A program made the position numbers and the translations under genes. From Candidatus Latescibacterota bacterium (lineage in GTDB: Bacteria > Latescibacterota > UBA2968 > UBA8231): a stretch of DNA of 64,000 nt. Of this stretch, positions 9,563 to 19,112 are shown piece by piece. Numbering within the stretch: the stretch's first letter is position 1; each line of letters opens with the position of its first letter. The notes below the pieces were generated by a model. That model worked only from the letters and a program-made list of their open reading frames with translations. It searched no databases and was not told where the DNA came from. The stretch spans positions 2,272,001 through 2,336,000 of the forward strand of contig OZ253462.1 of assembly GCA_965261395.1 (NCBI GenBank). Reading direction: 5' to 3'.

Positions 9563-11776
9563 TTAATGAGCTTTGATGTGACACTGAATCTCTGTTTCCC
9601 CAACGATCAGTACAATTCCCGGAAGTCCCTCCGACCGCATGTGCTTGGTAACGAATTCTAGAACTTGCTTATCGTCAGAACTCATTTTCAACGATATACC
9701 TGAAGGATGTGAGTGCCATTCCCCTATGTAGTGTACGGCTTGACCTGTCCATTTTTCGATTTTCTCTACGTCCTTGCGAAGTCCCACTGAGCCTCGGATG
9801 AATGCCGTTGGCCATTCTTCGCTATCGGGGGGAGCAGGTAGTGCATCCACAAGAAGAATACTCTTGCGGTGCGCGTCCACTGTCCCGACCAAGACACCGC
9901 CAGTCTCACATGGTAAAGCGCTAGAACGAAGATCGAGAAGGTGGGTCTTAAGACGGGAGTTGATGCCTATTTTCCAGTCCGATCCCTCAAACCATTGGCA
10001 GGCCGTTGCCGGTGAGCAGTGGTGCTCTACTGCTAGTTCGTCTGTCAAGCGCCAGATGGATACGAACCCCTCTTCTGTGAGTCGCTGCACTGCGCCCGCC
10101 GTGATTGCCGCATGGAGCGCCACGCGATCTTGGGGTATGTGCATCGAGATATCGGCGCACGAGCCGCCGTATCGAAGTGATGCGGGATTTTCTTGGTAGA
10201 ACTCTTGGAGGTCTTTCGTTCGAATAAGAAGCCGATGGAACTGGGCTTCCAGTTCATAAATCGTGAAAGCCCGGTCGGCGTCTTCGACAAGCATCACAAG
10301 GTATCTGCCGCTTGGACTTAAAAAAGCCGATATTCGCCGTGCCTTCGAAAAAGTGTCATCCGCGAGATGCCGCGCCACCGCGGTAGACGCGGAGAAATCG
10401 AAGACGATCTCCGCCTCATTAAGAGCCGCGGCGAGATTCCTCGCCTTGTCTCTTGGATTAAGCACATCGCAGACGAGGGCTTGTACCTTCGAGTCCTGGA
10501 CCGTGTCCATCAGCGCCGCTGCCATATACTGAGCCTTCGGGAAGCCCAAGCTCCGACTGAGCAACGCGTGTCGTGTCAGGTTATGGGGCAAAAGCACATC
10601 GTGATCAATAAGCGTCCATGAACCGAACCCCGTCCGGATCAGGTTGGACACTACTTGCGAGCCGAGAGCTCCTTGTCCCACTGCCACCGCCTTGCGCAGA
10701 TCGGGATCTCGTCCGGCAGCGCGGGCCGCTATTCGCATCGAGAGCTCAGACACCGGGTGAAGGCATACTAGCCTGACTTCTTCAGGGGTTGGATTTTCTT
10801 GAGGGATCAGAGTGCAGGCGTGTCCCTCTCTCATTTGCCATAGACCGAGGTTTTCTCCAAGTGTAGCGACTGTCTCGTCAATAGAGAACGCAAAAATGTC
10901 CGTCGCCTCTACGGCTCTACCGCTCTTTCGGAGCTTGGGCAGAACCGTTATCAGGATCGGTTTTCGGTCTAGGAGTTCCTTGTTCTCTCTCCACTTCTCG
11001 AGTCGAGACACGAGTTCCGTAACGAGGTCGATCTCCGCGGCCGAAAGCAGATCGCGAAGGTCTGCGAGCGTAAGAGGCGTATGTGCGATGATGCCATGCT
11101 CCTGCGCTTGACCGACGAAGACCGTCGCCACGGAGTGTACGACGTGCTCTTGCCCAAGATCCTCGATGTCCTCCGGATGCCGAGCTACCAGAACGGGCCG
11201 TTTCATTTCAGGCGTTTGGACGTGGATCACGTCGAGGCGGACTGGTCCATTTTCCTCCCCGAAATTCGCTGGCACGATAAGCGGAATACCTGTACCCAAT
11301 AGCAGTGGCTCCAAGGGCTGATCGTCGGCATGCAACTCATCTCGCGCCGTTGCGGCGAGCCAATTGCGAAGGACTTCTATGAAGCGCCCAGGCGTCCACC
11401 AGAGCTGGGTTTCATGCCAGGGCTCTTCAAAGAGACAAAGACTGCGAGGAACTGCCGTATCGCGTAGGTTCAAATGGGGTACGAAGGGGAAACAACGGCG
11501 CAGTGCGAAGACCTCTGGTGTCCATCTGTCATCACGCGAGAATTCGGTCGATAGCCGCTCTTGCAGACGGATATCGTGAATGCGATCTTGGGCAAGCTCA
11601 ACGTCGACCTCAAACGTGACAATATCTGTATCCTCGGTCTTGGAGAGTGATACGAGGCGGGCAAAAGGAATCTCACCTGCTCGCAGGAGCTCTGCCAACT
11701 CGCGAGCACGGGATACAAACGAAGTGCTATCGTCACACAACTCGCCTTTTGCCGCGATCCAGAGATCCTCTGTCAT
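9563..11776 (-). CDS. E2-E1(ThiF)-JAB fusion protein (Cap2/Cap3-like)
   Basis: N-terminal E2-like region with PHLN...SLCLFEEPW; ThiF GQGALGS and DHDVLLPHNLTRH with candidate Cys in YGGSCAD; JAB ETGGVLVG...YIGEWHSHP...SSDD. Confidence 0.92.
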   Translation of the reverse strand: MTEDLWIAAKGELCDDSTSFVSRARELAELLRAGEIPFARLVSLSKTEDTDIVTFEVDVELAQDRIHDIRLQERLSTEFSRDDRWTPEVFALRRCFPFVPHLNLRDTAVPRSLCLFEEPWHETQLWWTPGRFIEVLRNWLAATARDELHADDQPLEPLLLGTGIPLIVPANFGEENGPVRLDVIHVQTPEMKRPVLVARHPEDIEDLGQEHVVHSVATVFVGQAQEHGIIAHTPLTLADLRDLLSAAEIDLVTELVSRLEKWRENKELLDRKPILITVLPKLRKSGRAVEATDIFAFSIDETVATLGENLGLWQMREGHACTLIPQENPTPEEVRLVCLHPVSELSMRIAARAAGRDPDLRKAVAVGQGALGSQVVSNLIRTGFGSWTLIDHDVLLPHNLTRHALLSRSLGFPKAQYMAAALMDTVQDSKVQALVCDVLNPRDKARNLAAALNEAEIVFDFSASTAVARHLADDTFSKARRISAFLSPSGRYLVMLVEDADRAFTIYELEAQFHRLLIRTKDLQEFYQENPASLRYGGSCADISMHIPQDRVALHAAITAGAVQRLTEEGFVSIWRLTDELAVEHHCSPATACQWFEGSDWKIGINSRLKTHLLDLRSSALPCETGGVLVGTVDAHRKSILLVDALPAPPDSEEWPTAFIRGSVGLRKDVEKIEKWTGQAVHYIGEWHSHPSGISLKMSSDDKQVLEFVTKHMRSEGLPGIVLIVGETEIQCHIKAH

Positions 11777-12882
11777 CAGCCCGCTCGCGGTGCCGTGCGA
11801 TTCACGAGCGGAGCACCCACCATGACCTTCTTCTTCAGGGACGCGCCCGAACTTCCGATCTCGATGATGAGCCGCTCTGGGGCGCTCTTTTTGGTGTGCT
11901 CCATCGTCACGACAAACTCTCCCTGGAGACCTTTGGCAACTTTATCGTAGTAATTAGCTGCCTGCTGGTGAGGAGGATCATTCGTCTCCTCGGGCGGAAC
12001 GGGGTCGCTGGACGACACCAAGATCGCTCTGGATTGACCTTGGTTCTCGTAGAGCCATTCGACCTCTGGAACAGGCTCCGTCGAGGTCTTTCCCTTCTCG
12101 GGTCCGAGTGAGAGATAGCTGCAATGATGAGGCAACTTCACGACATCGTATTCTAGGCGGCTCTCGTTTCCGTGTGCTTTGGTCACGGTGACGATTCCAG
12201 CGAGATCTTCGTGGTCTAGGTCGGCACCTAAGAAGACACGGGTCAATCGCCCGCCAACCTTGAACATTGCTTGCAACGCAAGCGAAGTGGAATTTCTCAC
12301 GATCGCGCGGCCGTCAGAGGCCGACTCCGCAAACGGCGAGTGAACAAAGAGCTCTACTCCACCGGATGCGAACGAGAATCCCGGTACGAGGCGTCCTGCG
12401 TCGGTGATGAGGTGCGCTCGGTCGCTGAGCTTCAAGCCCTGCTGGTTGAGCCACTCCTCAAGGGATTCGGGACGCGAAAAGACACGGATGCCCTTACCCT
12501 CCTTGAGCCTGTGCCGTGCCTCGGCCCGGATAATCTTGGCCTCCTTCGCTTCGAGTGCCTCCTCCACGATAACGGCGGCGGGCACCCAAAGTTCTCCGAT
12601 CTTGATGCGGTCGTTGCTCTGATACTTGGCGGCATGGTCTAAAAAGAAAACGTCGCTGACCCCCTTATAATGATCTTCGTCGAGGTGCGATATGGCCAGC
12701 ACGTCGACATCATCGCGTGTGCCAAGGTCTTCACGCAGGGCTTTCGGAAGGTCGATACGGAGGTCATTTTCCTCATCTCCTCTGGTTGCCGCGAAATCCA
12801 TAACGAGAACGCGGCCGTCGGTCAGTTCGACTAGACAGCAATCGGCATTGCCGAGCGGATAAAATGTTAATTTTGGTGTCAT
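11776..12882 (-). CDS. Metallo-beta-lactamase-fold (ComEC-like) hydrolase with C-terminal Gly
   Basis: LGNADC, SHLDEDH (HxDxDH), NSTS, GAD, KLPHHCS; ends ...TAPRAG*; stop overlaps the next start by 1 bp. Confidence 0.9.
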   Translation of the reverse strand: MTPKLTFYPLGNADCCLVELTDGRVLVMDFAATRGDEENDLRIDLPKALREDLGTRDDVDVLAISHLDEDHYKGVSDVFFLDHAAKYQSNDRIKIGELWVPAAVIVEEALEAKEAKIIRAEARHRLKEGKGIRVFSRPESLEEWLNQQGLKLSDRAHLITDAGRLVPGFSFASGGVELFVHSPFAESASDGRAIVRNSTSLALQAMFKVGGRLTRVFLGADLDHEDLAGIVTVTKAHGNESRLEYDVVKLPHHCSYLSLGPEKGKTSTEPVPEVEWLYENQGQSRAILVSSSDPVPPEETNDPPHQQAANYYDKVAKGLQGEFVVTMEHTKKSAPERLIIEIGSSGASLKKKVMVGAPLVNRTAPRAG

Positions 12883-12970
12883 ATCTTGTCCTCCCTTATC
12901 ATATTTGATTCTTTGTTCATCGGCGGAACTCTACTGGCCTCGATCCTAGTCTCTCCAGGACTGCACCAAG

Positions 12971-13015
12971 AAAGTATCATTTGTTAAAAATTAGAAAAGA
13001 TGATAACTTTGTCAA
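12971..13015. promoter_or_regulatory. Overlapping divergent sigma70-like promoters with a palindromic operator
   Basis: Minus: TTGACA(13015-13010)-16-TAATTT(12993-12988). Plus: TTGTTA(12981-12986)-17-TAACTT(13004-13009) with an extended TG. Imperfect inverted repeat AAAGTATCAT...ATGATAACTTT. Confidence 0.6.
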
Positions 13016-13047
13016 GAGATCAATCAAATGCCCCACGAGGAGAAACA

Positions 13048-14181
13048 ATGGCTGGTGAAGAGCACATTGCCGCGAATATCGCCCGGCTACGGCTGGATCG
13101 GCAGTTGACCCAAGAGGAACTCGCCCGCAAGGCGGGACTCTCAAGGGTCGCGCTCGGAAAGATCGAACGAGGTATCGTCGTCCCACGTGCCCGGACCCTC
13201 ACCGCTATAGGAAAAGCATTAGGCGTTCCGCTCGGCGATCTCGCGACGCCTGTTCGGCCCCTTGAGACCGTGCGATTCCGCGTCCAGGCACGAGTCCACG
13301 CTCGGGCGCAGATCTTGGCCGAGGTCGCAAAGTGGCTTGACGCCTACACCCAAGTCGAAGCCGATCTCGGCCAGTCGTGTCTCTTCCGATTCAAGGCTGT
13401 TCGCACTCAGCACAGGAACCCAATGAAGGCCGCTCAGGCCGCGCGCAAAGCCATCGGGCTTAGGCCGGAAGAGCCGGTGCGCGACATCTGCGGACTACTC
13501 GAAGGCAACGGGGTGAAGCTCCTGCTCATCGAGAGGAAAAGCGACTCCTTCTTCGGACTGAGCGTCGGTGCAAGGGACGGCGGTCCTGCCGTGGTGGTCA
13601 ATACTTGGGAGCGGATCTCAGTGGAGCGCTGGATCTTCACCGCGGCACACGAACTCGGCCATTTGTTGCTCCACCCCACCGAGTATCGACGCGATGCCAC
13701 CGAACTCCCCGTGCAGACAGAGCGCGAGGCCGACGCCTTTGCGAGCCACTTCCTGATGCCAGAAGCCGCGTTCGCCTCGGAGTGGGACGAGACCCGGGGA
13801 CACCCGCTCCTCGTCCGCGTCCTCAAGGTCAAGCGCATCTTCCGAGTGAGTTACAAAACCGTGCTCTATCGGCTGGTCGAGTCTGGTCGTGAAACCTCGG
13901 ATATCTGGCGTGCATTCCAGCTCCAGCATCGCGGTTACTTCGGCAAGACGCTTCGCAGGACCGACGAACCCGAAGCACTTGAAAGAAGCGAGTTCGCCTG
14001 GAACTGGAGTCGCTCCGGCGAGCCCGAGGGCCTCTCCCGGCACGACTTTGTCGAGGGTCGCCTCTCGCGGCTCGTGCGACAGGCGCTCGAACAGGAGCAC
14101 ATCTCACTCGGGCGTGCCGCCGAGATTCTGGGGCTGGCCCGGGAGGAGATGAGGAGGCAGGCACGTGAGTGGGTGGGGTAG
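13048..14181 (+). CDS. XRE HTH + M78 (ImmA/IrrE-like) metallopeptidase fusion
   Basis: LTQEELARKAGLSRVALGKIERG HTH; FTAAHELGH, EREADAFASHFLMP; ATG at 13048 follows GAGGAG. Confidence 0.92.
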   Translation: MAGEEHIAANIARLRLDRQLTQEELARKAGLSRVALGKIERGIVVPRARTLTAIGKALGVPLGDLATPVRPLETVRFRVQARVHARAQILAEVAKWLDAYTQVEADLGQSCLFRFKAVRTQHRNPMKAAQAARKAIGLRPEEPVRDICGLLEGNGVKLLLIERKSDSFFGLSVGARDGGPAVVVNTWERISVERWIFTAAHELGHLLLHPTEYRRDATELPVQTEREADAFASHFLMPEAAFASEWDETRGHPLLVRVLKVKRIFRVSYKTVLYRLVESGRETSDIWRAFQLQHRGYFGKTLRRTDEPEALERSEFAWNWSRSGEPEGLSRHDFVEGRLSRLVRQALEQEHISLGRAAEILGLAREEMRRQAREWVG

Positions 14182-14683
14182 ATGGCGATGGCCCAGACCG
14201 TGCTGCTCGCCGACGCAGATGTGCTCATTGACTACCGCGAGTCGGAGATCAAGATCCTTGAACTCGTGGTGCAGCATATAGGGAGAGTGGTCGTTTTGGC
14301 TCCCGTGCTTGATGAGGTGCAGGGCGTGACGCCGGCGCAATGTGCACAACTCGGGATTGAGGTCGTCGAGGTCGAGACAGAGCAGTTGGTACGGGCTTCA
14401 GAGGTCGAGTCCCGCGTGTCCTTCAATGATCGCCTCTGCTTGGTCACGTGTCGCGAAGAGGGTTAGGACATGCGTCACAAACGACGGTGCGCTCCGACGG
14501 CTCTGCGAGCGCCACGGCGTGGCGACGCGATTCGGCCTCGGTCTTATGGTAGATCTGGTCGCTGCCGGTGCCCTCACCCGGCAGCGTGCCATGGCTGTCG
14601 CCCGCCAAATCCAAGCGTCGAACCCGCTCCACATCAACGAGCGCGTAATTCAGCGGTTCTTGGAAGCCCTTGGGGAGACTTGA
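14182..14683 (+). pseudogene. PIN-domain protein with a +1 frameshift
   Basis: VLLADADVLID...SFNDRLCL...EEG then TCVTNDGALRRLC in the next frame; deleting A14465 restores GGT TGG ACA (G-W-T). Confidence 0.8.
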
Positions 14684-14790
14684 CATCTAGTCCTAGCGCA
14701 CCGGCTCTTCCAGCCCGTCTCGCCACGACATGTACTTGGCCGGTCGCACGACCTCACGCCGCACGATGCGATCATCTATCATAACGACCT

Positions 14791-16002
14791 ATGAACCGAC
14801 CGTCGCGTTTTGCGCGCACCACCGCTGGCCTGGACCTCAAGGCCCTGCTCAGCCCACTGCGCAAAGTTTTCTGGCTGTCGCTGGGAATCGCCGTGCTGCT
14901 GAACGCGATCTTGGTTCTGCTCAACCCCTTCCAGCAGCAGGCTGAAAAAGCACCTCGGCCGCTAACCACCAAATTCGTCAAACGCCAACCGCGCCTGACT
15001 AAGGCGCTGGAGCTGCGCAAGATTCCCCAACGCAAACGCCCGATGATCCGTCGCCAAGTACGCGCCGCCGCCGCCCGCATGGATCAGGTGCAAGCTACCG
15101 CGGCTTTCTCCACGCGCGCCATCATCGCTCGTTCGGTTGGCATAGCGAATATGCTCCAAGTCGGCCAGAGCAACCCACAGACGCTCCAAGCGGCACTGGA
15201 ACCGGTCGTGGGGCTAGCAGCGAACGTGGAGATCAGCCGCACACCCGAGCATAAAATCGACATGGGCTTGGAGATGCTGGATGTCGATGCCATGGACACC
15301 GGCCGCTACCGCGCCTTGGTGATACAGGATCCCAACGACAAGCAGGGGATCAAAGGCTTTGTCAAATTCGCCCGCGTGGTCTCGGCCACTTATATGACTG
15401 AGACCCGGACCAATGTCGTCGATGGCGGGCTTAACAATCGGGAAATCGACGTCCTGCGCGATATGCTCAACGAGTGGACCGGCTTGCGAGCTGAGTTCGT
15501 CGGCAGCTTTACCTTTGATGACAACCGCTTTCTATCAGTGCCGATCGTCATCCCCCAAGGCGAGCCCAATGAAAACGAGTTGGAGAATCTGGCGCGCTAC
15601 CTGCTGGCGGGGGGCTTTGTCATGGCCGAGCAATTCGACTTCGAGGGGTTTTGGACCGAGGCTCTAGAAAAATACGGGGGACTGGTCAAGGGACGCGATT
15701 TTTACACCGAACGCCTGCGGGAAGACCATCCGATATTCACGGCCTATTTTGACTTGGGGGATGGCGTCGCGCAGGGTGCCACGCGTTTTAACGATCCGTA
15801 CTACTGGAATGCGGTGAAGGGCTTGTTCGTCAAGGGACGGCTGGTGGCCGTGCCTCGGGCCAACTCGGGTATCGGGGGGTATCTGGGCTTTGCCGCCGAC
15901 CGCGATGCGACCCGCATCCTACAGTTTGCAATCAACACCGTGATCTACGCGCTGACCCAAGAAGGGTCCATGACGCAGCGGTTAATGCAGATTGTACACT
16001 GA
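14791..16002 (+). CDS. Membrane-anchored DUF4159-like protein
   Basis: N-terminal TM helix; C-terminal ELENLARYLLAGGF, DHPIFTAYFD, QFAINTVIYALT pattern. Confidence 0.65.
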   Translation: MNRPSRFARTTAGLDLKALLSPLRKVFWLSLGIAVLLNAILVLLNPFQQQAEKAPRPLTTKFVKRQPRLTKALELRKIPQRKRPMIRRQVRAAAARMDQVQATAAFSTRAIIARSVGIANMLQVGQSNPQTLQAALEPVVGLAANVEISRTPEHKIDMGLEMLDVDAMDTGRYRALVIQDPNDKQGIKGFVKFARVVSATYMTETRTNVVDGGLNNREIDVLRDMLNEWTGLRAEFVGSFTFDDNRFLSVPIVIPQGEPNENELENLARYLLAGGFVMAEQFDFEGFWTEALEKYGGLVKGRDFYTERLREDHPIFTAYFDLGDGVAQGATRFNDPYYWNAVKGLFVKGRLVAVPRANSGIGGYLGFAADRDATRILQFAINTVIYALTQEGSMTQRLMQIVH

Positions 16003-16048
16003 GGAGGCCAGTTTCTTTTCGAGGATTTCCTGACCACTAGGAGGTGAT

Positions 16049-16996
16049 ATGCCGACGATTCAGGACCACATCTCTCTCGACGCACTCACCGACAGCACCT
16101 TGAGCACGCTGAAGGCGATCGGCGTCGACGACATTGCCATCATGCATCCGACGCCGCCCGGTCCCGGAGAGGACCAGGCCCCGCTGTGGCGCGATGTGCG
16201 CCGCACGGTGGAGGCCCACGATATGCGGTTCTTCAACATCGGCTTGCGGCCGCACCCCTCGATCACGCTGGGCCGCGATGACCGGGACGAGCATATCGAA
16301 AGGTGGTGCGCTCTCATCCGTAGCATAGGCGCGGCGGGTGTGCCGAGCCTGACGTACAATTTCCGCGGCATTGGCAACTTCCGTACGGAGTCGGCCGTGG
16401 GGCGCGGGGGCGCCCGGTACAGCACGTTTGACTTTGCTGAGTTCCAGACCAATCCCCAGCTACATCCCGATCAGCGGATTTCGGAGCGCGACCTGCGCGC
16501 CAATTTGCGCCACTTCATGGAGCGCATCACGCCGGTGGCCGAGGAGTGCGAGGTGCGTCTGATGATGCATCCCGACGACCCGCCGCGCCTCGATCCACTG
16601 GGCGGGGCCGCGCGCGTGCTGTCGTCGCTGGCCGACTTCGAGCGCCTCTTTGAACTGGTGCCGAGCCAAGCCAATGCGATGTTGTTCTGTCAGGGGTGCG
16701 TGGCCGAGATGGGCGAGGACATCCCGGCGGCCATCCGCCGCATAGCTGGCCTCGGCAAGATCGGCACAGTGCACTTCCGCAATATCCGCGGCGGACCAGC
16801 GCGCTTTGAAGAGGTATTCCTCGACGAGGGCGACGCGGATATGTACGCCATGATGCGGGTCTACGCCGAAGTCGGGTACGACGGGCCGTTCATGCTCGAC
16901 CACACGCCGAGTTTGCAGGATGCGTCGGCGGCCTGGGCTGGCCGGGCCTACGCCATTGGTTTCATTCGGGCTACGATGCAGGCGGCGTACCGCTGA
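16049..16996 (+). CDS. Mannonate dehydratase (UxuA)-like protein
   Basis: MHPDDPP, FCQGC, VHFRN, FLDEGD, DHTP, AYAIGF. Confidence 0.85.
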   Translation: MPTIQDHISLDALTDSTLSTLKAIGVDDIAIMHPTPPGPGEDQAPLWRDVRRTVEAHDMRFFNIGLRPHPSITLGRDDRDEHIERWCALIRSIGAAGVPSLTYNFRGIGNFRTESAVGRGGARYSTFDFAEFQTNPQLHPDQRISERDLRANLRHFMERITPVAEECEVRLMMHPDDPPRLDPLGGAARVLSSLADFERLFELVPSQANAMLFCQGCVAEMGEDIPAAIRRIAGLGKIGTVHFRNIRGGPARFEEVFLDEGDADMYAMMRVYAEVGYDGPFMLDHTPSLQDASAAWAGRAYAIGFIRATMQAAYR

Positions 16997-17075
16997 GGTC
17001 GAGCAGCCGGGGTTGGGGTGCCCCGATCCCGACAACGCCCGCGTACATCCCCATTTGGTCGTGGGCAGATATTCT

Positions 17076-19040
17076 TCACATGATCGACACTTCGTTGCCC
17101 CGCACACCGGGATCAATTAGCGCGTAGATGATGATCCACAGGCCGGCCACCATCGCCTCGCCGAGAATCAGGCCCAAAAAGAACGGCCGCAGCGTCTTGA
17201 ACAGCGCAATCCCTCCATATTTCAAGATGAAGGACTTGAGCAGCCAGGTCAGAAACACCGCGAACCAGATGTGACTCGTCAGCCACCCGATGCTGATGAC
17301 GTAGCCGACCGGGTGCAGGGGCCACCAGTAGAACCGATGCTGGCCGAGCACGAGGACGGCCTCGATCACGCCGCCGATGCCGGTAAACACCAAGCCGCGC
17401 ACATCGGGCAAGGTCGGGTTGAGCAAGGGTCGCGCCATGTCCGTAAAGGTGCGCACCGCCTGCTTTGTCATGAAGAAGGAATTGAGATTGATGCCGCCGT
17501 GCTCGTAGCACAAGTAGAGGATGACCCACGTCGCGCCGGCGAGACTGCAAAGCAAGGCGACGATCATTCCCCAGAACAGGCGGCGCTTCGATCCAGGCAC
17601 GATCTCGGCCAGCTTGAGGGCGTTGGCGCAGGCGATCATTGGAAACACCCGCATCTCCGACTGCCACACATAAGTGAAGGTCAAGGCCACCAGTCCCTGG
17701 GTGCCAATGGCGGACGTCCCAACCGTGGAGATCGCAAAGAAAGCCGCCACCATCGGGGCTCTCGCCGTGGCCACGCCGGCGGTGGCCACCACCCGGGTGA
17801 TCATGAGGTAAAAGATCAGGCAGGCCGCCAGGAACAGCGGCAGTACGACGAGGGGAATACCTGAGTACCACAGCCAAGCACCGGCGAAGGTCAAGCTGCC
17901 GACGAACCCGAAGAAAGCGACGCGGTAGGAGAGCAACTCCTCGGTGTCGTCCACGCGCGGGTCGTTGTGCCAAGCGCGGTGCCACACGTCCTTGAAGTGA
18001 CGGCGGCCGGCCCACAGCGCAAACAGCACAAAGACGATGCAGGCTCCCATTTGCTGGTGGGTCAAGTCTGCACTTTGCGACAGAGAGTAGAGGCTTAGCT
18101 GCTCGGTGCTGTCAATACCGACGGTGGTGAACAAACCTTCCTGCACCTTGCCCAGCAGGTAGAAGAACCAGATGCTGAACAGGATCTCCAGGCTGACCAG
18201 ATAGAAAAACCCCACCCAGGCGAAGTCGAACCAGAACGGGACGTAGACCGCGTCGCGGAAGAAGTGGATCACCGAGAAGAAATAGGGCATCCGCGGGATG
18301 AAGGGAAAGTAGGTATTGAGTCCCGACAGACTGAGCAAGGCAAAGGGCACGAAAAACCCCAGCCACATGACGCGGCTCCTGAAAAACGGACCGAGGAGTC
18401 GCCGCGCCCCGCTATTGCTTTCGATCAGCTGCAGGGGTAGCTGTACCATCGGATAGGCGAGCCGCTCGTTGACCGACCACTGGCGGTGCAGCATCGTACT
18501 CAGGCAGATCATCATGAAGCTGATCGCCATGAAGAACAAGTACCAGGCTCCGAGTGGCTCGATCCACGCCTCCCACGGAATCGGTGCCCCCGCGGGCAAG
18601 CCCTCGTGGAGATCCTTCACCATCTGGAAATCCTTGGGTGCCACCCAGTTGGGGGTGTGAATTGCGAAGAGTTCGAGCCAGTCGTTCTCGGGCGTGGCGT
18701 AGTAGACCAGCCCGCTGATGACGGGGATCAGGTAGCCGACAAAGGCCTGGGTGGGCACGGTGGCGGCCAGCAGGGCCATGATGTAGGCCATGACGAGGTC
18801 GGCCTTGCTCAGCGCTAGTTGCCGCCCGATTGCGCCCAGCAGTGCGTTGACAAAAATCGCCAAGATGAACAGCAGGAAGATGGCCGCCGGCAGGGAACTG
18901 TTGCGCGCCAGATCGGCGCCACCGACGAGCAGTACGGCGTAGGGCACGCCGGTCCCCACCAAGAGCGACAGCGAGATGCCGGCCACCAGTCCCTTCCAGG
19001 TGAACGGGCTCGGGCTCTTGTGCGACGTGGAGTTGGACAT
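17076..19040 (-). CDS. Polytopic membrane protein, DUF6785/DUF6784-like putative transporter
   Basis: Many TM helices; QWSVNERLAYP, WWPLHPVGY, PFFLGLILGE. Confidence 0.7.
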   Translation of the reverse strand: MSNSTSHKSPSPFTWKGLVAGISLSLLVGTGVPYAVLLVGGADLARNSSLPAAIFLLFILAIFVNALLGAIGRQLALSKADLVMAYIMALLAATVPTQAFVGYLIPVISGLVYYATPENDWLELFAIHTPNWVAPKDFQMVKDLHEGLPAGAPIPWEAWIEPLGAWYLFFMAISFMMICLSTMLHRQWSVNERLAYPMVQLPLQLIESNSGARRLLGPFFRSRVMWLGFFVPFALLSLSGLNTYFPFIPRMPYFFSVIHFFRDAVYVPFWFDFAWVGFFYLVSLEILFSIWFFYLLGKVQEGLFTTVGIDSTEQLSLYSLSQSADLTHQQMGACIVFVLFALWAGRRHFKDVWHRAWHNDPRVDDTEELLSYRVAFFGFVGSLTFAGAWLWYSGIPLVVLPLFLAACLIFYLMITRVVATAGVATARAPMVAAFFAISTVGTSAIGTQGLVALTFTYVWQSEMRVFPMIACANALKLAEIVPGSKRRLFWGMIVALLCSLAGATWVILYLCYEHGGINLNSFFMTKQAVRTFTDMARPLLNPTLPDVRGLVFTGIGGVIEAVLVLGQHRFYWWPLHPVGYVISIGWLTSHIWFAVFLTWLLKSFILKYGGIALFKTLRPFFLGLILGEAMVAGLWIIIYALIDPGVRGNEVSIM

Positions 19041-19112
19041 CCTTCTACGGACCTTGGTTACCTAGCGCCTGAAGTGTTGGCCGTCAGGTCAAACAACCCA
19101 TGCGCTACTCGC

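Noticed and set aside
8207-12882. Canonical type II CBASS
   Set aside because: No CD-NTase is present; the first gene is an MBL-fold hydrolase and E2/E1/JAB are fused in one protein.
8096-14694. 9-bp inverted repeat (AGGACTAGA / TCTAGTCCT) as transposon ends around the MBL unit
   Set aside because: Too short, no TSD or transposase, and CTAG-containing words appear common here.
14677-14702. dif-like Xer site (ACTTGACATCT-AGT-CCTAGCGCACC) at the island edge
   Set aside because: The spacer is 3 bp rather than 6 and the inner TAA/TTA bases are missing; no partner site was found.
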